From Octopus vulgaris (taxonomy: Eukaryota): a DNA stretch of 64,000 nt. Below, one piece after another: positions 41,841 to 54,746 of the stretch. The stretch is from assembly GCA_951406725.2 (NCBI GenBank), contig OX597820.1:27528001-27592000 (forward strand), in the 5' to 3' direction. Both the position numbers and the translations under genes were made by a program. Every line of letters begins with the position of its first letter. Position 1 is the first letter of the stretch. The notes below the pieces were generated by a model, which did no database searches, was not told the DNA's origin, and was given only the letters and a program-made list of their open reading frames with translations.

Positions 41841-42836
41841 TAAAGCAGGACAAAGAAAATGATAATTTCAAATGCTTAACTATTTGTCTCATAGCTTCAT
41901 ATATCTATCGTATATTTCACTGAATTAAACTATAGAGTACGCTTAACTTATTCTCTTTACATAGTCACAGTCTCAATATTTTCATTTGGTATACAAAACT
42001 TTCAGTCCAAAAACATTTGTTTCTTCTTTACAAGACTTATATATGTTTTACAAAAAAAGGAATATTCTTAATTTATATCAAGAGAGAGGGTTAAAGATAA
42101 CATCACGCTCTGAAGGTGATTAAGCATATCCTAATTTATCAACCGTGATAAATACTCCAGAAAATATTTGTATCTATAATGGTGAGAGTTACAATTGTCT
42201 TGATTACCATATTTAGTCACCTTATATATCATTTATGTAACGAGTGTGATTGTATTTGACAACCCATTCACTACCTCATGCCTAATGAATAGAAACAAGA
42301 GATTATTCATAGGTATGTTACTAGAGCAACTGAGATTTAGCACACCAGCCTGGGATGGTAGAAAATAGAATCAGAGCATGAAGAACTATCACAAACTATT
42401 CTGGTCTTCTGATTAGATGAAACCTATCAAATTCAGTGAAACATTTACAGAAGGTGAATCACCCACTTCAGGTTTCTTTACACCTATTATTTACCCGGAA
42501 TCCACCAAGAAAATCGTATTGTTTTAGGCAATAACAATAATGTAAACAGAAAGAATGTCTAGGCGTACAGAATTCTTAGAGCAAAGAATTAAATTCCTTT
42601 GCGGAATTTAATTACATAGCTATTCGTTATGAGTTTAAATTCAGTCAAAATCGATTGCCTTTTTTAATTTTATGATGGTGAGTTTTGATCGGTAGGAACT
42701 CTCACAAATTTGTGACATTGTGCCAATTTAGAAAACAATTATTATGAATTACAAACTTTTGTCTTCCGTGCTCAGGACTTAGTGTTTGCTCCTTCCATGG
42801 GTATAAGTTGGTATTTCATTTATTTCTTTGCCGCAT

Positions 42837-42897
42837 TTATCACTGACGAAGAGAAGGTTCTTATGAATTAACTCTGAAATCGGATCCGATATGATAA
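42837..42897 (+). ncRNA. Type I hammerhead ribozyme motif, canonical core
   Basis: Helix I TTATCA/TGATAA; CTGACGA at 42843-42849; helix II AGAG/CTCT with inner GGTTC/GAATT; GAAA at 42876-42879; 12-nt palindrome ATCGGATCCGAT as helix III; triplet ATA ending at 42891. Confidence 0.82.
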
Positions 42898-43960
42898 TAA
42901 CAGAATTTTTAAAGAAATTTTTGTCGGGTTTCTTCGAGACGTGTGCTTATAGTGATGAATTATATGGTTATGGACGTTGTGTCTAGTTTCGGCATATTTG
43001 GCATTGAATTTTTTTTCTTTTGCCCTTGTTTATAGGTTGTTTATAAATTCAACCTTTAAAGGTATTTTTCAATATGCTGGCCATTGATAAAATTATTTTC
43101 GAAATAATTTATCCTATATTAGATGTAGATATATATACACACAGAAAAAGATTTCGTCAGATTTTGGATAATTATTTATTGAGCGCCTTCTGTTAATTTT
43201 CCGAATCAAGATGAAAACGGTTAATAGGTAACTGTTCAAAAGGCTGAAGCAGCTCGTATACTATTGGTTGGCTCCGTGTGATTGATACAAATTTTAAAAT
43301 CTAAAGATGTATTCACCAAATATGTTGACAGTCAATGTTCTATGAAATAACCAATGTCTGACCCATATGTAGTTCAACCTTGGCTGTTGTTCAAACAAAA
43401 GTTAGAACACATCAGCAAAATTCCTCAAAAATATATTGATGTCTCGAAGATTAAAGCAGAAATGAAAATATATAAACAAACACATAAACAAACAAAGAAA
43501 TAAAAGCGCCTTTCTTTCTTCCAGTCGGCATTCTTCGCTCTTTGATCACACTAAATACAATTTCATACACCGATGCAAGTTAGTTTCCTTGCATAAAAAA
43601 AAAAGAAAAAGAAATATTAAATTAAAAAGAAAACACTAGGTAAACAGAAATACGTCTTTGATAACTGTAAAGTACAACATTTCTCTCAGCACGACGACGG
43701 AAAGATGCGAAATAAAATGTTGAAATGTTGGAACTTCTTAAATTTCTACTTTACTAAGCAGACATCCTAACTTCATCTGACAGTAGTAGCATGAGATCTT
43801 AAGTTATCTGCTTCAACTGATTTCTCTTTTTCTATTCTTTATCCTTCACCTCTTTCTTTCTTTCTTTTTTTCTTTCTTTCTTTCTTTCTGCAACTCGTCG
43901 TCTTCAGCCTCGTCCTCCCGCCCTTCTAAACTTTTCCTTCCCCGTCCACCTCGCCGCCAT

Positions 43961-44149
43961 CTTCTTCTTCTTCTTCTTCTTCTTCTTCTTCTTCTTCTTC
44001 TTCTTCTTCTTCTTCTTCTTCTTCTTCTTCTTCTTCTTCTTCTCCTTCTCCTTCTCCTTCTTCTTCTACTTCTTCTTCTCCTTCTTCTTCTTCTTCTTCT
44101 TCTTCCTTATCATCGTTCTTCTCCTTATCTTCCTTCTTCCCTACTCAAT

Positions 44150-44190
<41 letters not shown>

Positions 44191-44213
44191 GCAACTGCAA
44201 CAACAACAGCAGC
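43961..44213. repeat. Compound trinucleotide microsatellite (CTT)n..(CAT)n(CAG)n(CAA)n
   Basis: Directly visible. No flanking coding context. Confidence 0.95.
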
Positions 44214-45539
44214 TTCTTTTCCACCATCTTTCTTCTTCGTCTTCTTCTCCCTCTTTTTCTTCTCCTCAATCTCACTTCTCGACAACTATTTATTCGCTAC
44301 CATCACAAACATTGTTTGCAAAGGAAGGCTTCTGTCCAAAATGTTAAATGTTTCTTCTTCCTCACACAAAACCAATTTATTCTAATTTATATTTCTGTTT
44401 AAACACTCTAATTGCCATCACAGCTCAACACTAGTTTCCTTGCATCCTACCGTTTCCTTTAGCTACCTTGCATACAGACAAATGCAAAATGTAAATACAG
44501 GTAAGTACAAAAGTACCGAGTATCCATATTAAAGGTTTTCAAATGCTACAGAAATATCCAAGCGTTTGTAAGCTCACCCCTTTTATTTGGGAGGGAAACC
44601 AGGGTCCATGGCACTTTATAGTGTTTGCGAGGTTAATGTGAAGCAGGGAGAATGATAACCCCAAATATGAGACCTGATTTGGATGTTTGCAACAGTGTGG
44701 ACTTCGCTAAATGTTTTCTAGATGCCAGATGGTGATTCTTAAGTGAACGATGGGTTATATCTACCTTCAATTTAGGCAACAGCCGGATTTGAACAGAGAA
44801 CGAAAAGAGCTGAAATAAATACTGCAAGGCTTCTAGGCCGACGTTTTTGCACCTCTGCCAACCCACCGACTAAAATAGTTACTTTTTATTGAACCCGAAA
44901 AAAGTTGTAAGGTAAATTTGACCTAAGGACGTTTACGTAATTTAAAACAAATCCACCTCGGCATATCACTAGTATTTCATTTTGCAAAATATAAGAATAA
45001 TATAGACGATGTTGAGAACATAATCGTATATCCGATTTGAGAGTCAGTGACCTCATTGCTGGAAAGTATCACCATGATTCGGATCAAAATTTATCGTGAT
45101 ATAATGTAGGACAACAGGCATATTTGAATATTGAATTATCATTTTTTTCATAGGGGACAAATCCGATTACCCTAGATTTTATCTCGACTAAAAGACGCAT
45201 AAAAAAAAAACATTTACAAAAACTTCAATGAATGTAATTCACATTAAATATTAGCAACACAGTAAGAAAGCTTTAAGTACACATACATTTGTTTTCATTC
45301 AGTTTATCAATTCTACCTCTTAAAATCATTCTAAGCTCTTATATTTTGTCTGTGGAAAATTTTGTGGAGAAAATTGTGCAAATAACTGACATAGTTTTTT
45401 GTTTCTGGTTGACTTCGGTCGAGAAGATTTTTATGATTAAAGACATTTTAGCAGCCGTGGCCGTCCTGTGTTTTTGTATATCAGAAAATAAATCGCCTAG
45501 TGTAATCCTTTATTTGTGATTTGAAGTGGGTGATTAGAA

Positions 45540-45800
45540 ATAAGTTTGGCTATTATTTCTAATAGGTCAAGGGACTAAGCCAAGATTCCCTTCCGTGACT
45601 TGAACTGAAAGTGGTATGTCGATTATTTCTGTCTAGTTGGGAAGCAAAGATTCTCTGGTGGTCTCAAATTTTAGGGAAATTTGACTGTTTTATCTGTCAG
45701 GTCAAGCGACGATGCAGAGTAGTTTAGATTTAAAAGAGAATTGGTTGTAATATGTTGCAGATCGAAAGATCGAGTCAACACTCAGCCGTTGATGGCTCAG
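45540..45800. repeat. Degenerate ~65-bp tandem array (TTTGGCTGCTATTTCT..AGGTC-type unit)
   Basis: About 4 diverged units. Same motif as 10420-10705 and 40640-40790. Confidence 0.55.
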
Positions 45801-46362
45801 CTCGTAAGGCAATATGTCAATAAATTTGTCAGTCGAAATACGTCTGACATATGAAGGGACCTTTCAGAAACATGGGTGATGAATAAGCTGATAACGTATT
45901 TTCCGAGACTGTTTCACAATGGTAAACATCTTACAAAGATATACTTCAAAGATTACATCCCAACCATGGACTACTTCTGAGTTAGAAACTGCTAAATCTC
46001 GCTCAAATTACACACTATTGTCCAAGAAAAGGAAATATCAGATAAAGTAATTTTTCGTGCACTATTATAGGAACTAGCCTGTAGTCGAAATGCCAATGAA
46101 ATAGATTCGCTGTAGCCGTATAGTTGCATAAATTTTAGCAAAATGTGCCTTCTTTCATCATTTATTAGAGATATTTGTTTTGCTGTGTCATTTGTATAAC
46201 CATGTGTAATTTTTTTCCCATTCTGCAACTACAATTCTATCATTGCTTAGACTGTTGCCACTGCTGATGTTCACTTCCAGTTCAGCTGCGGTTGAGTAGA
46301 TCTATGGTTAACAGCATCAGAGACGATCAACAACATCGGATATTTTACAAGCCATCCAGATA

Positions 46363-46775
46363 CTCTTTTACTCTTTTTCTCTTTTACTTGTTTCAGTCAT
46401 CTGACTGCGGCCATGCTGGAGAACCGCCTTTAATCGAGCAACTCGACCCCGGGACTTATTCTTTTGTAAGCCCAGGACTTATTCTATCGGTCTCTTTTGC
46501 CGAACCGCTAAGTGACGGGGACGTAAACACACCAGCATCGGTTGTCAAGCAATGCTAGGGGGACAAATACAGACACACAAACACACACACACACATATAT
46601 ATATATACATATATACGACGGGCTTCTTTCAGTTTCCGTCTACCAAATCCACTCACAAGGCTTTGGTCGGCCCGAGGCTATAGTAGAAGGCACTTGCCCA
46701 AGGTACCACGCAGTGGGACTGAACCCGGGACCATGTGGTTGGTAAACAAGCTACTTACCACACAGCCACTCCTGC
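46363..46775 (-). mobile_element. SINE family B
   Basis: Full-length, young reverse-complement copy. Confidence 0.92.
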
Positions 46776-47372
46776 GATATTATCTAACACATTCTGTACT
46801 GAAAACGGTAAGGTGAATTTTGAGTGAAAGTTGGCAGCTATTTTCGAAAGGCCGCATAAATACGAAACGTCAAAATTTGACACAATTATGAAAAGAGTAT
46901 GATACCCAGTTGGGGCAGAGGTAAAATTTAAATGATTTCTAATTATTTATCAGATTCCAAGAAAATTTAAGATGATTTATGAGAGACAAAGTGTATCAGG
47001 AATATTTTACTATTATGAAGCCATCGAAAATAGTTCTACATGGAATAGAAATAAATTTAATTGACAACCGATTCTGTAAATTGCGTGATAAATGCATTGC
47101 CACGCAATACTAAATTTCTAATTAAGTGTAATTGTGTATAAATTATAGAATTGTGGCTGCAAATTATCTCTGTCTCCATCGATTCTTCTTTTAAATAACA
47201 TATATATACATACATTCATACGTACATACATACATAATACATACACCGCCATATATAGAGAGATGCATAAATATATGTATATAGAGATGAATAAATATGT
47301 ATACCTTAATGTATATACATACACCTGTATACACACATATGTATATATATGTGTGTGTATACACATACACAC

Positions 47373-47409
<37 letters not shown>

Positions 47410-47485
47410 TGCATAGACAGATAAACTGAAATAATAACATATACATTTATATACATATATATATGTATATATATATATATATATG

Positions 47486-47559
<74 letters not shown>

Positions 47560-47680
47560 CTCTGCATATATATATATATATATATATATGCACATACATA
47601 TATATATATATAAATATAAATATATGATTTTATGTCAGATTATATGTCTATATATGTATGTATGTGTGTATGTATGTATG

Positions 47681-47736
<56 letters not shown>

Positions 47737-47870
47737 TCAATAAATGGTGGGGTTGTGTTGACCGCACGTGGAGAAATGATAAGCAATGAAAAATTGTAAA
47801 AATGCAGAATGCTCGATTGAAATAAAATTTTAATGAAATGAGAAAATGAAAAAATATATAAATATATATT

Positions 47871-47912
47871 TATTCAAACCGGTTTTCGTCATAGTTTGAC
47901 TTATCAAGAATA
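47871..47912 (-). ncRNA. Minimal type I hammerhead ribozyme motif, U3-A8 variant
   Basis: Reverse complement TATTC-TTGATAA-GTCA-AACTA-TGAC-GAA-AACCGGTT-T-GAATA, with helices I and II and a palindromic helix III. Confidence 0.72.
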
Positions 47913-48540
47913 GTTAGGTGAAAAGGTTTTTTAAAAATGAGAAAGGGGAACAAAAGTTGCATTGTTTTTTGCAAAAGAATAATAATAAATATGTATAAAA
48001 ATTAAAAAATAAGTACTCCGATACATTGTGAGTTCGTTGTGTATCTTGAGTTTAATGATTGTTCACGAAAAAATTACCTTGAGGTATTAGGATCCAATGG
48101 GATTAAGGCCATGTGTTGTTTGGTTTAATTTAGGATGTTGGCAAAACAGGAAGTAGTAGTAATTGTGGTTCTTCAGGTCCCGTGTTGTGAATAAGGGGAG
48201 ACAACTCTTTTGAGTTATTCAATAAAGGCTGCTGATAAACCCCAAATTATAAAATTGCCATTTTAGCTTCATTTGCATTATCTTTTTTATATAATTGTTT
48301 GTTAATTTAACTTTCAGATTTTAACACTTTATTTATATTATTTTCTAATTATATAAATTTGCATAGACAATTGCATTTCAGATTGTTATATCATAAATAA
48401 TAAAGATGATGGTAATAACAACAATAGTAAAAATGATATTTAAAGAATATAAGTTTTTGCTTGAAGTGATGAATCTATGGTATCCTTATATATTTGTGTG
48501 AGTCCATCCATGAAGAATGAGGTAGAAGAGGGAAGTTTGA

Positions 48541-49725
48541 TCAACGAGGAGTTTGTATATTAAGTTGTGTTTGGAATTTTTCAATAAAGAGATTCTCCTT
48601 GTTAATTCTCTCCTGTGTGGTGATGCCGTCTTTACATTGGTAGAAGGGGAATATATAGAATTTGGGGTTTAAGTCTTTAGCGCATGAGTCTATGTGGTCA
48701 CTCAGTGGAATTTGTCGGTATTCCGGGAGATTTATTTGTTCTTTATGCACCGCTACTCGTTTACGTAACGGAAGACTCGTTTGTCCAACATAATTATGTT
48801 GGCAACCAGCGCATGTGAGAACGTAGATAAGGTTCTCGGAGGAACAGGAGAAGTTAGTCTTGATTTTAAACTTCGTACCTTGTTTGAAGGTAAATTCAGA
48901 ACCTTCAAGTAGGAGGGGGCATGTCCCACAGTTTGGGCGTGCACATTTTTTTACTGCTGGGGGTGGATGTGGTGTGTAACGTTTGGCATTTGTCAAGAGT
49001 TTTTTTAAAGATTTGTGTTGCCTTTTACATTTGAGGATTTTGTGTGTACTTATAATGTTTTTCATTTTTGGGTCTGTTGACAGTAGACTGAGGTTTTGTA
49101 TGATTGTGGTGTATGCTTCGATATTTTTGGGGTTGTAGGTGGAAATGTATGGAAGTATTTTGAGGTTGTGTATGGTGTTAGGTTGGGTAGTTTTCAGTGT
49201 AATGTTATCTAGTTCTTTGGCGCGTTTTATTCCATACTCTATAAGGGTGGAGGGATATTGGCGTTGTAATAGTGCTTTTTTGAGGTCTTGAAGGCGTATT
49301 TCTCGTGTTTTTGGATCCGCGACAATGGTGCATACCCTTTTAGCCAAATTGAAAGGGATATTTGTCTTGGTGTGTTTTGGGTGGCATGAACTAAAGAGGA
49401 GGTATTGTTGTGAGTCTGTGGGTTTGTGGTAGATGTCTGTTATGATTTGGTTCTTAGGTGTTTTTATAATTAGGAGATCAAGGAATGGTAGATGATGTTT
49501 GCTTAATTCCATAGTGAATTGGATGTTGGGATGTATGTTGTTTAGTATGGTTTTGAATTCCAGGAGTTTTTCATAAGGTTCTTTCCACATGATGAAACAA
49601 TCATCTAAATACCTTTTCCAGTTTTCCTTCAGGTAGGTGTGGAAAACATGTCCAAATTTCTGGCGTGATATTTCATAGAGTGATAGTTCGAAGAAACCCA
49701 TTATGAGGTTCGCAAGGACTGGTGC
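48541..49725 (-). CDS. PLE reverse transcriptase (C-terminal half) plus GIY-YIG endonuclease, uninterrupted but 5'-truncated
   Basis: APVLANLIM, RYLDD, LPFLD, YHKPTDSQQYL..SCHP, Cys linker CARPNCGTC, NLIYVLTCAGC..YVGQT..R..H..H..E..LN. The ORF-track N-terminus (49726-49791) is a (TA)n artefact. Confidence 0.92.
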   Translation of the reverse strand, partial: APVLANLIMGFFELSLYEISRQKFGHVFHTYLKENWKRYLDDCFIMWKEPYEKLLEFKTILNNIHPNIQFTMELSKHHLPFLDLLIIKTPKNQIITDIYHKPTDSQQYLLFSSCHPKHTKTNIPFNLAKRVCTIVADPKTREIRLQDLKKALLQRQYPSTLIEYGIKRAKELDNITLKTTQPNTIHNLKILPYISTYNPKNIEAYTTIIQNLSLLSTDPKMKNIISTHKILKCKRQHKSLKKLLTNAKRYTPHPPPAVKKCARPNCGTCPLLLEGSEFTFKQGTKFKIKTNFSCSSENLIYVLTCAGCQHNYVGQTSLPLRKRVAVHKEQINLPEYRQIPLSDHIDSCAKDLNPKFYIFPFYQCKDGITTQERINKENLFIEKFQTQLNIQTPR

Positions 49726-49754
49726 TATATATATATATATATATATAAATGTGT

Positions 49755-50180
49755 TAGCAGTTTCTTGTTGAACAAATATGAACTGTTCCACTTAATCTGG
49801 GAATCAGGATGAGACCCACAGGAGTTCAAAGACTCTTTCATTGTCCATTTTTATAAGCACAATGATAACATGTGAATGTGACAACCATAGAGTTATCTCC
49901 CTTTTGTGTGTCGCTGGGAAGATCCTCGGATGGATTATCTTATATAGACTAAATGATGCCCTTGCCAGTTTAGTGTTGCCTGAATCTCAGTGTGGATTTC
50001 GGGCTGATAGAGGCACAGTGGATATGATTTTTAGCCGAAAGCAGCTGCAGGAAAATGCTCGTGAACACAACCGAGACTTGTTGTCACTTTTGTAGATCTA
50101 ACAAAAGCTTTCGACACCGTATCTAGAGATGCTCTTTGGGTTGTCCTTAGAAAGCTAGGTGTTCCAGAAATATTATCTAG
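49755..50180 (+). pseudogene. RTE-clade LINE reverse transcriptase N-terminal fragment
   Basis: DNHRVISLLCVAGKIL..LPESQCGFRADRGTVDMIF..LQE, then after a frameshift FVDLTKAFDTVSRDALW..LGVP. Confidence 0.88.
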
Positions 50181-50276
50181 ACATCCTTGTTACTTATTTG
50201 CTTTTTATTCTCCTAACCTTGAGCTATGCGGACAATACAGGACTGGCGTGGTGCCTCAACTGAATCTTAATTATTT

Positions 50277-50364
<88 letters not shown>

Positions 50365-50945
50365 TTTGAGGCCGGCAAAAGTCAGGCATGGTGTACACAA
50401 AACGTTCATTGTCATTCTCCTTCGGCTGTTACATCCTTCCTTAGATCTCTTTTGAGTCTTACTTGTGCTATACTGGCCTCTTCATACGATTTCACTCCAC
50501 TCCACACCTTTTTTCCGGCATCCAACTCGATCCGAAGCAAGGGTTTTTATATCTTCTCGAATCATTCCTAGGGATTACATGGCAGTCCTTGTGCCGTCCT
50601 TAAACCTTTTTTTAGGTTTACCCGATAGCGTTTCCCGTCTGCAAGCTCACCATAAAGCAGGTGTTTCGGCATGCATTCATCAGCCCTTCCAACAATATGG
50701 CTACACCATCTCAATTGGTTCCTCAAAATCATAGCTTTAATTGATGTGATGCCTGCAGGTGCAAGGACATCAATGTTTGGAGTAAAACAAATCCATTTAA
50801 TTGTTATAATGCTATGAAGGCATTTTTGGTGGAATTGTTCTTACAATTTAAAATGCCTTTCATAACAAGTCCATATTTCACAAGAATACAACAGAGATGG
50901 TAAGACAAATGATTTGTAAAGAGCCAGCTTTGTATTCTTATTTAT
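50365..50945 (-). pseudogene. RTE-clade LINE C-terminal fragment
   Basis: Minus strand TKLALYKSFVLPSLLYSCEIW..FHQKCL..QLRWCSHI..PKHLLYGELADGKR..ASDR. Confidence 0.85.
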
Positions 50946-51037
50946 ATGTCTGGTAGCTCTCGAGTGCTACGAGTAACATTTAATCCAGTACAACCTGTCG
51001 CATGGTCGGGTTGTCGGCGATTAAACTGGCAACCTCA

Positions 51038-51116
<79 letters not shown>

Positions 51117-51190
51117 GATATATATGGGCTCCTTGAGAGCGGTCAGCTAAAAGTTTTTTGTGCATTTTGATGTCGACATAAGTTTCCATG

Positions 51191-51275
51191 ATTTTCCTGA
51201 GGAGAAATCTGCATAATGTACTCCTTATTCCTTCGGAATTAGGAATATGCAGCCTTCGAAACATATGTCGAGAAT
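51191..51275 (+). ncRNA. Type I hammerhead ribozyme motif, canonical core, GUC site, extended helix II
   Basis: Helix I ATTTTC/GAGAAT; CTGAGGA at 51197-51203; helix II GAA/TTC plus CTGCATA/TATGCAG; GAAA at 51258-51261; palindrome ACATATGT; GTC ending at 51269. Confidence 0.8.
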
Positions 51276-51373
51276 AAATGATATTTGTTAACTAGTCGTT
51301 CAACACCATTCTTTCATATACTTATAATTTTAAAATATATATATATATAGCTAGCGAGATAGCTAACTTGATT

Positions 51374-51431
<58 letters not shown>

Positions 51432-51444
51432 CAGATAGATAGAT

Positions 51445-51515
<71 letters not shown>

Positions 51516-52677
51516 CAGGAATATATTCCTAACTGTTTGCTTTATAAGAAACTGAAACTTCTCGAATCGCTTCTCGTTGACAATTATTCAGAGGAATTTT
51601 TATTATACATGTTTACTTGAGAATACATGTGCATATACTTTGTATGTATGTACGTATACTTCTATGTTCACAGGTTTAGCATCAATATCGAGAACATTAG
51701 CACATTATTAAAAACAAATTCGCGATTTTAAGATGGCTTACGGACTCTATATTCTAATATATAAGATGCCATGAAATTTATAATGAATAGGAGAATATTG
51801 AAATATTTTCAAGGTACTTCTCAAACGCCTACTTTCCATTAATAAAAGCATGCTCTTGTACACTACACAATTTTAATGAGTTTAATGTTGCTCTTCTTTC
51901 TGTTTATTGGTCTGTTTATCTTTAAGTTTGATGCAAATTTGTTGCCAAGCTATTTCACTAGCAATTTTCTTAAATGTCAGTCTAATTTCGCTTTCCATTT
52001 CTTGCCAATCGGAAAGTAACACAAATTATAGAAAGCATTTAATTGAGTCATTTAATGCATTTATTTGCTAGGGGAATATCATAATTATCAGTTGAAGGGT
52101 GATTATCATATTTTAGCTTCTATTGCCTCCAAATGTGAACTGCTACTTTTTTTTAACGTCATTATTTCGTAACATAAATTATCACAAAGCTATACGCTCT
52201 CGTTATTTTTATATAAAAAAAAAGAAATCTGCCTTTCGGTTACTTTCTCATTAAATCATTTATTCATATCATATAATTACGTCAACAAACGTCTGTATAA
52301 TAAGAATGGGATAATAACGTATGACTTGAAAATAATGAGTGAGTTTATAAATCAATTTAAGAAGGTGCACATGGATTAATGTGTGTCTGTGTGTGTGTAA
52401 ACATCTCTTATGAGATCACATGCATTGTAAATTTATGTGCTCTAACTGCAGCTCTGATGTTTAAACTTCGAGGATTCTTCATTCTTGTGTGGGTTCATAG
52501 CACGTAGATGTTTTCAAAGTTTTTACATAGTGAAATATCGCAGTACCAATACACCTGAAATCTTTCAATACAACTACACAAGCATATGCCAAGACGCCAA
52601 GTAACGCTTATAACTGAGTGCAAACTGCTACGGAGTAAATGACCTGTCACGTTATGGAAAGGGAACTGTAGAAGTAT

Positions 52678-52981
52678 GTTTGTTTGTTCCTTCTCAAGCC
52701 ATGTCTGGTTCATAAGGGCCTGTTTCCCGGTTTCCTTGGCGTATAGGTTCCCCACCCGGAGCGGAAGCCGGTCCGTCGCAGGTGAGCTGCAAGATGCAGG
52801 AGGAAGGAGTGAGAGAAAGTTGTGGCGAAAGAGTCCGCAGAATTTTGGCATTACTTTCTACCGGAGCCGCGTGGAGCTTAGGAGTTTCCCTCATATACAC
52901 ACACACCACCCGGTCTGAGATTCGAGCCTGCGATCTCTCGACCGCGAGTCCGCTGCTCTAACCACTAGGCCATGTGCCTCC
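52678..52981 (-). mobile_element. SINE family A, full length
   Basis: Reverse complement of 62108-62410. Confidence 0.92.
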
Positions 52982-53344
52982 TCATCATAGACGTATGAGG
53001 AAAAGAGAGCTGCAAACGTACCATACTTTTACGTGCACTCGCGCTCGCACAGAGACAGACAGATAAACATAGACACACACGCATACACTTATGCAGACGA
53101 CAATTAGCTTGCATGTGTATGTGTGTGTGCACGAGGGCGTGGAAGTGTGTGAATATGTGTATTAATCATTAGCTTTGCTATGTGTGGGAACAAAAGAGGA
53201 TTTTTGCGGGAAAAAAACTAACAGTTTATCTAAAGTTATAATTGACTACAATAAACTCTTACCTTAGTTTCAGTGAATTGCTTAATTCAATCAATTCCGT
53301 TTTGCTGCATGGTAAATATGTAATTCAGTACGCCCTGTATATAC

Positions 53345-53378
<34 letters not shown>

Positions 53379-54114
53379 AAATACGTATATATAAACTCAT
53401 ATATACAAATATACACACTCATATGTATATACATATATGTATATATATCATATATGTGTGAGAGTATGTGTGTGTGTTTATGTATCCGTATATATATATA
53501 TATATGTGTGTGTGTGTAACTTATAAATCAAACATTTAAAATATCGTATTGATCTGTAATGATCTTTAACACTTGATGGTTGTTTCCACGGAGTCAGTTA
53601 GTTCAGCTTTAAAGTCAATAGTATTGCATAGCCGAATCAAATGATAGGCAATAGAAAAGCCTACATACGCACATACACGCATGCACATGTAAGCACATAC
53701 ACGCACATACAAATACACACAGACACACCCCAAATACACTCATACACACACACCCAAGTACTCACAAACCCAGCCACAGACACACACGCAACATAACATA
53801 CAGAATAACACACAGATATATGTACGAGTGCGTGCTAGTTCCTGCCTTCGGGTAAAAACAAAACATACAAGAGAATCTGTTCATAAAACACTTGTCCGAC
53901 ATATTCCCGTTCCAGACTCATACACTTATTGCAGCAGTCCTTCAAATTTTCTAAGCCCTGTAAAATACTCGGAATCTGGGCCTACAACCAAGCCCTTCGC
54001 GATAGCTTTAAACCCAAGAACTTTTCAGCACCATCTCGTATGTATGTATGTATGTATGTATGTATGTATGTATGTATGTATGTATGTATGTATGTATGTA
54101 TGTATGTATGTATG

Positions 54115-54203
<89 letters not shown>

Positions 54204-54485
54204 GTGTCTGCATGCATGTGTGTATATATAATATATATATATATATGTATGTATACTTATGTGTGCATGTGTACGTGTGTCTGTGTATGCATGTGTGTAT
54301 GTTATGTTTTACACAGTCCCCTTCTTTTACACGGATATCCAAATGCTTGTATATCTGCGGTTGTAGCTGTGTGATAGGAGGATGTATATTTATATATACA
54401 TATATCTGTATACATATGTACTTATATGCATATTCGCATATGCGCTGAGGGTGAATGTATGCCTGTATATATGTATATATATGTG

Positions 54486-54559
<74 letters not shown>

Positions 54560-54582
54560 TATGGACGAATATTTTTATATAC

Positions 54583-54746
54583 TGGTGCGTTTACGTACAC
54601 GTAACTTAGCGGTCCGGCAAAAATGACCGATAGAATAAGTACCAGGCTTACAAAGAATAAGTCCTGGGATCGATTTGCTCGACTAAAGGCGGTGCTCCAT
54701 CATGGCCGCAGTCAAATGACTGAAACAAGTAAAAGAGGAAAAGAGT
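54583..54746 (+). mobile_element. SINE family B, 3' half
   Basis: Begins just downstream of (TA)n. Followed tail-to-tail by an old minus copy (about 54755-55215). Confidence 0.85.

Larger units (their letters stand above)
47735..49725 (-). mobile_element. Penelope-like retroelement (Neptune-type), 5'-truncated, inserted in (TA)n
   Basis: (TA)n at both ends. RT-thumb-linker-GIY-YIG ORF, then an ~800-bp 3' region containing a hammerhead. Confidence 0.92.

Noticed and set aside
42300-42530. Possible CR1/L2 LINE 3' remnant (LRFSTPAW)
   Set aside because: The similarity is too short to support without a search.
44148-44213. PolyQ or polyH coding exon
   Set aside because: It is embedded in a compound microsatellite field with no splice or ORF support.
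49755-50945. Twin-priming inversion of a single RTE element
   Set aside because: The fragments converge tail-to-tail and are separated by unrelated sequence and microsatellite, which does not fit the 5'-inversion geometry.
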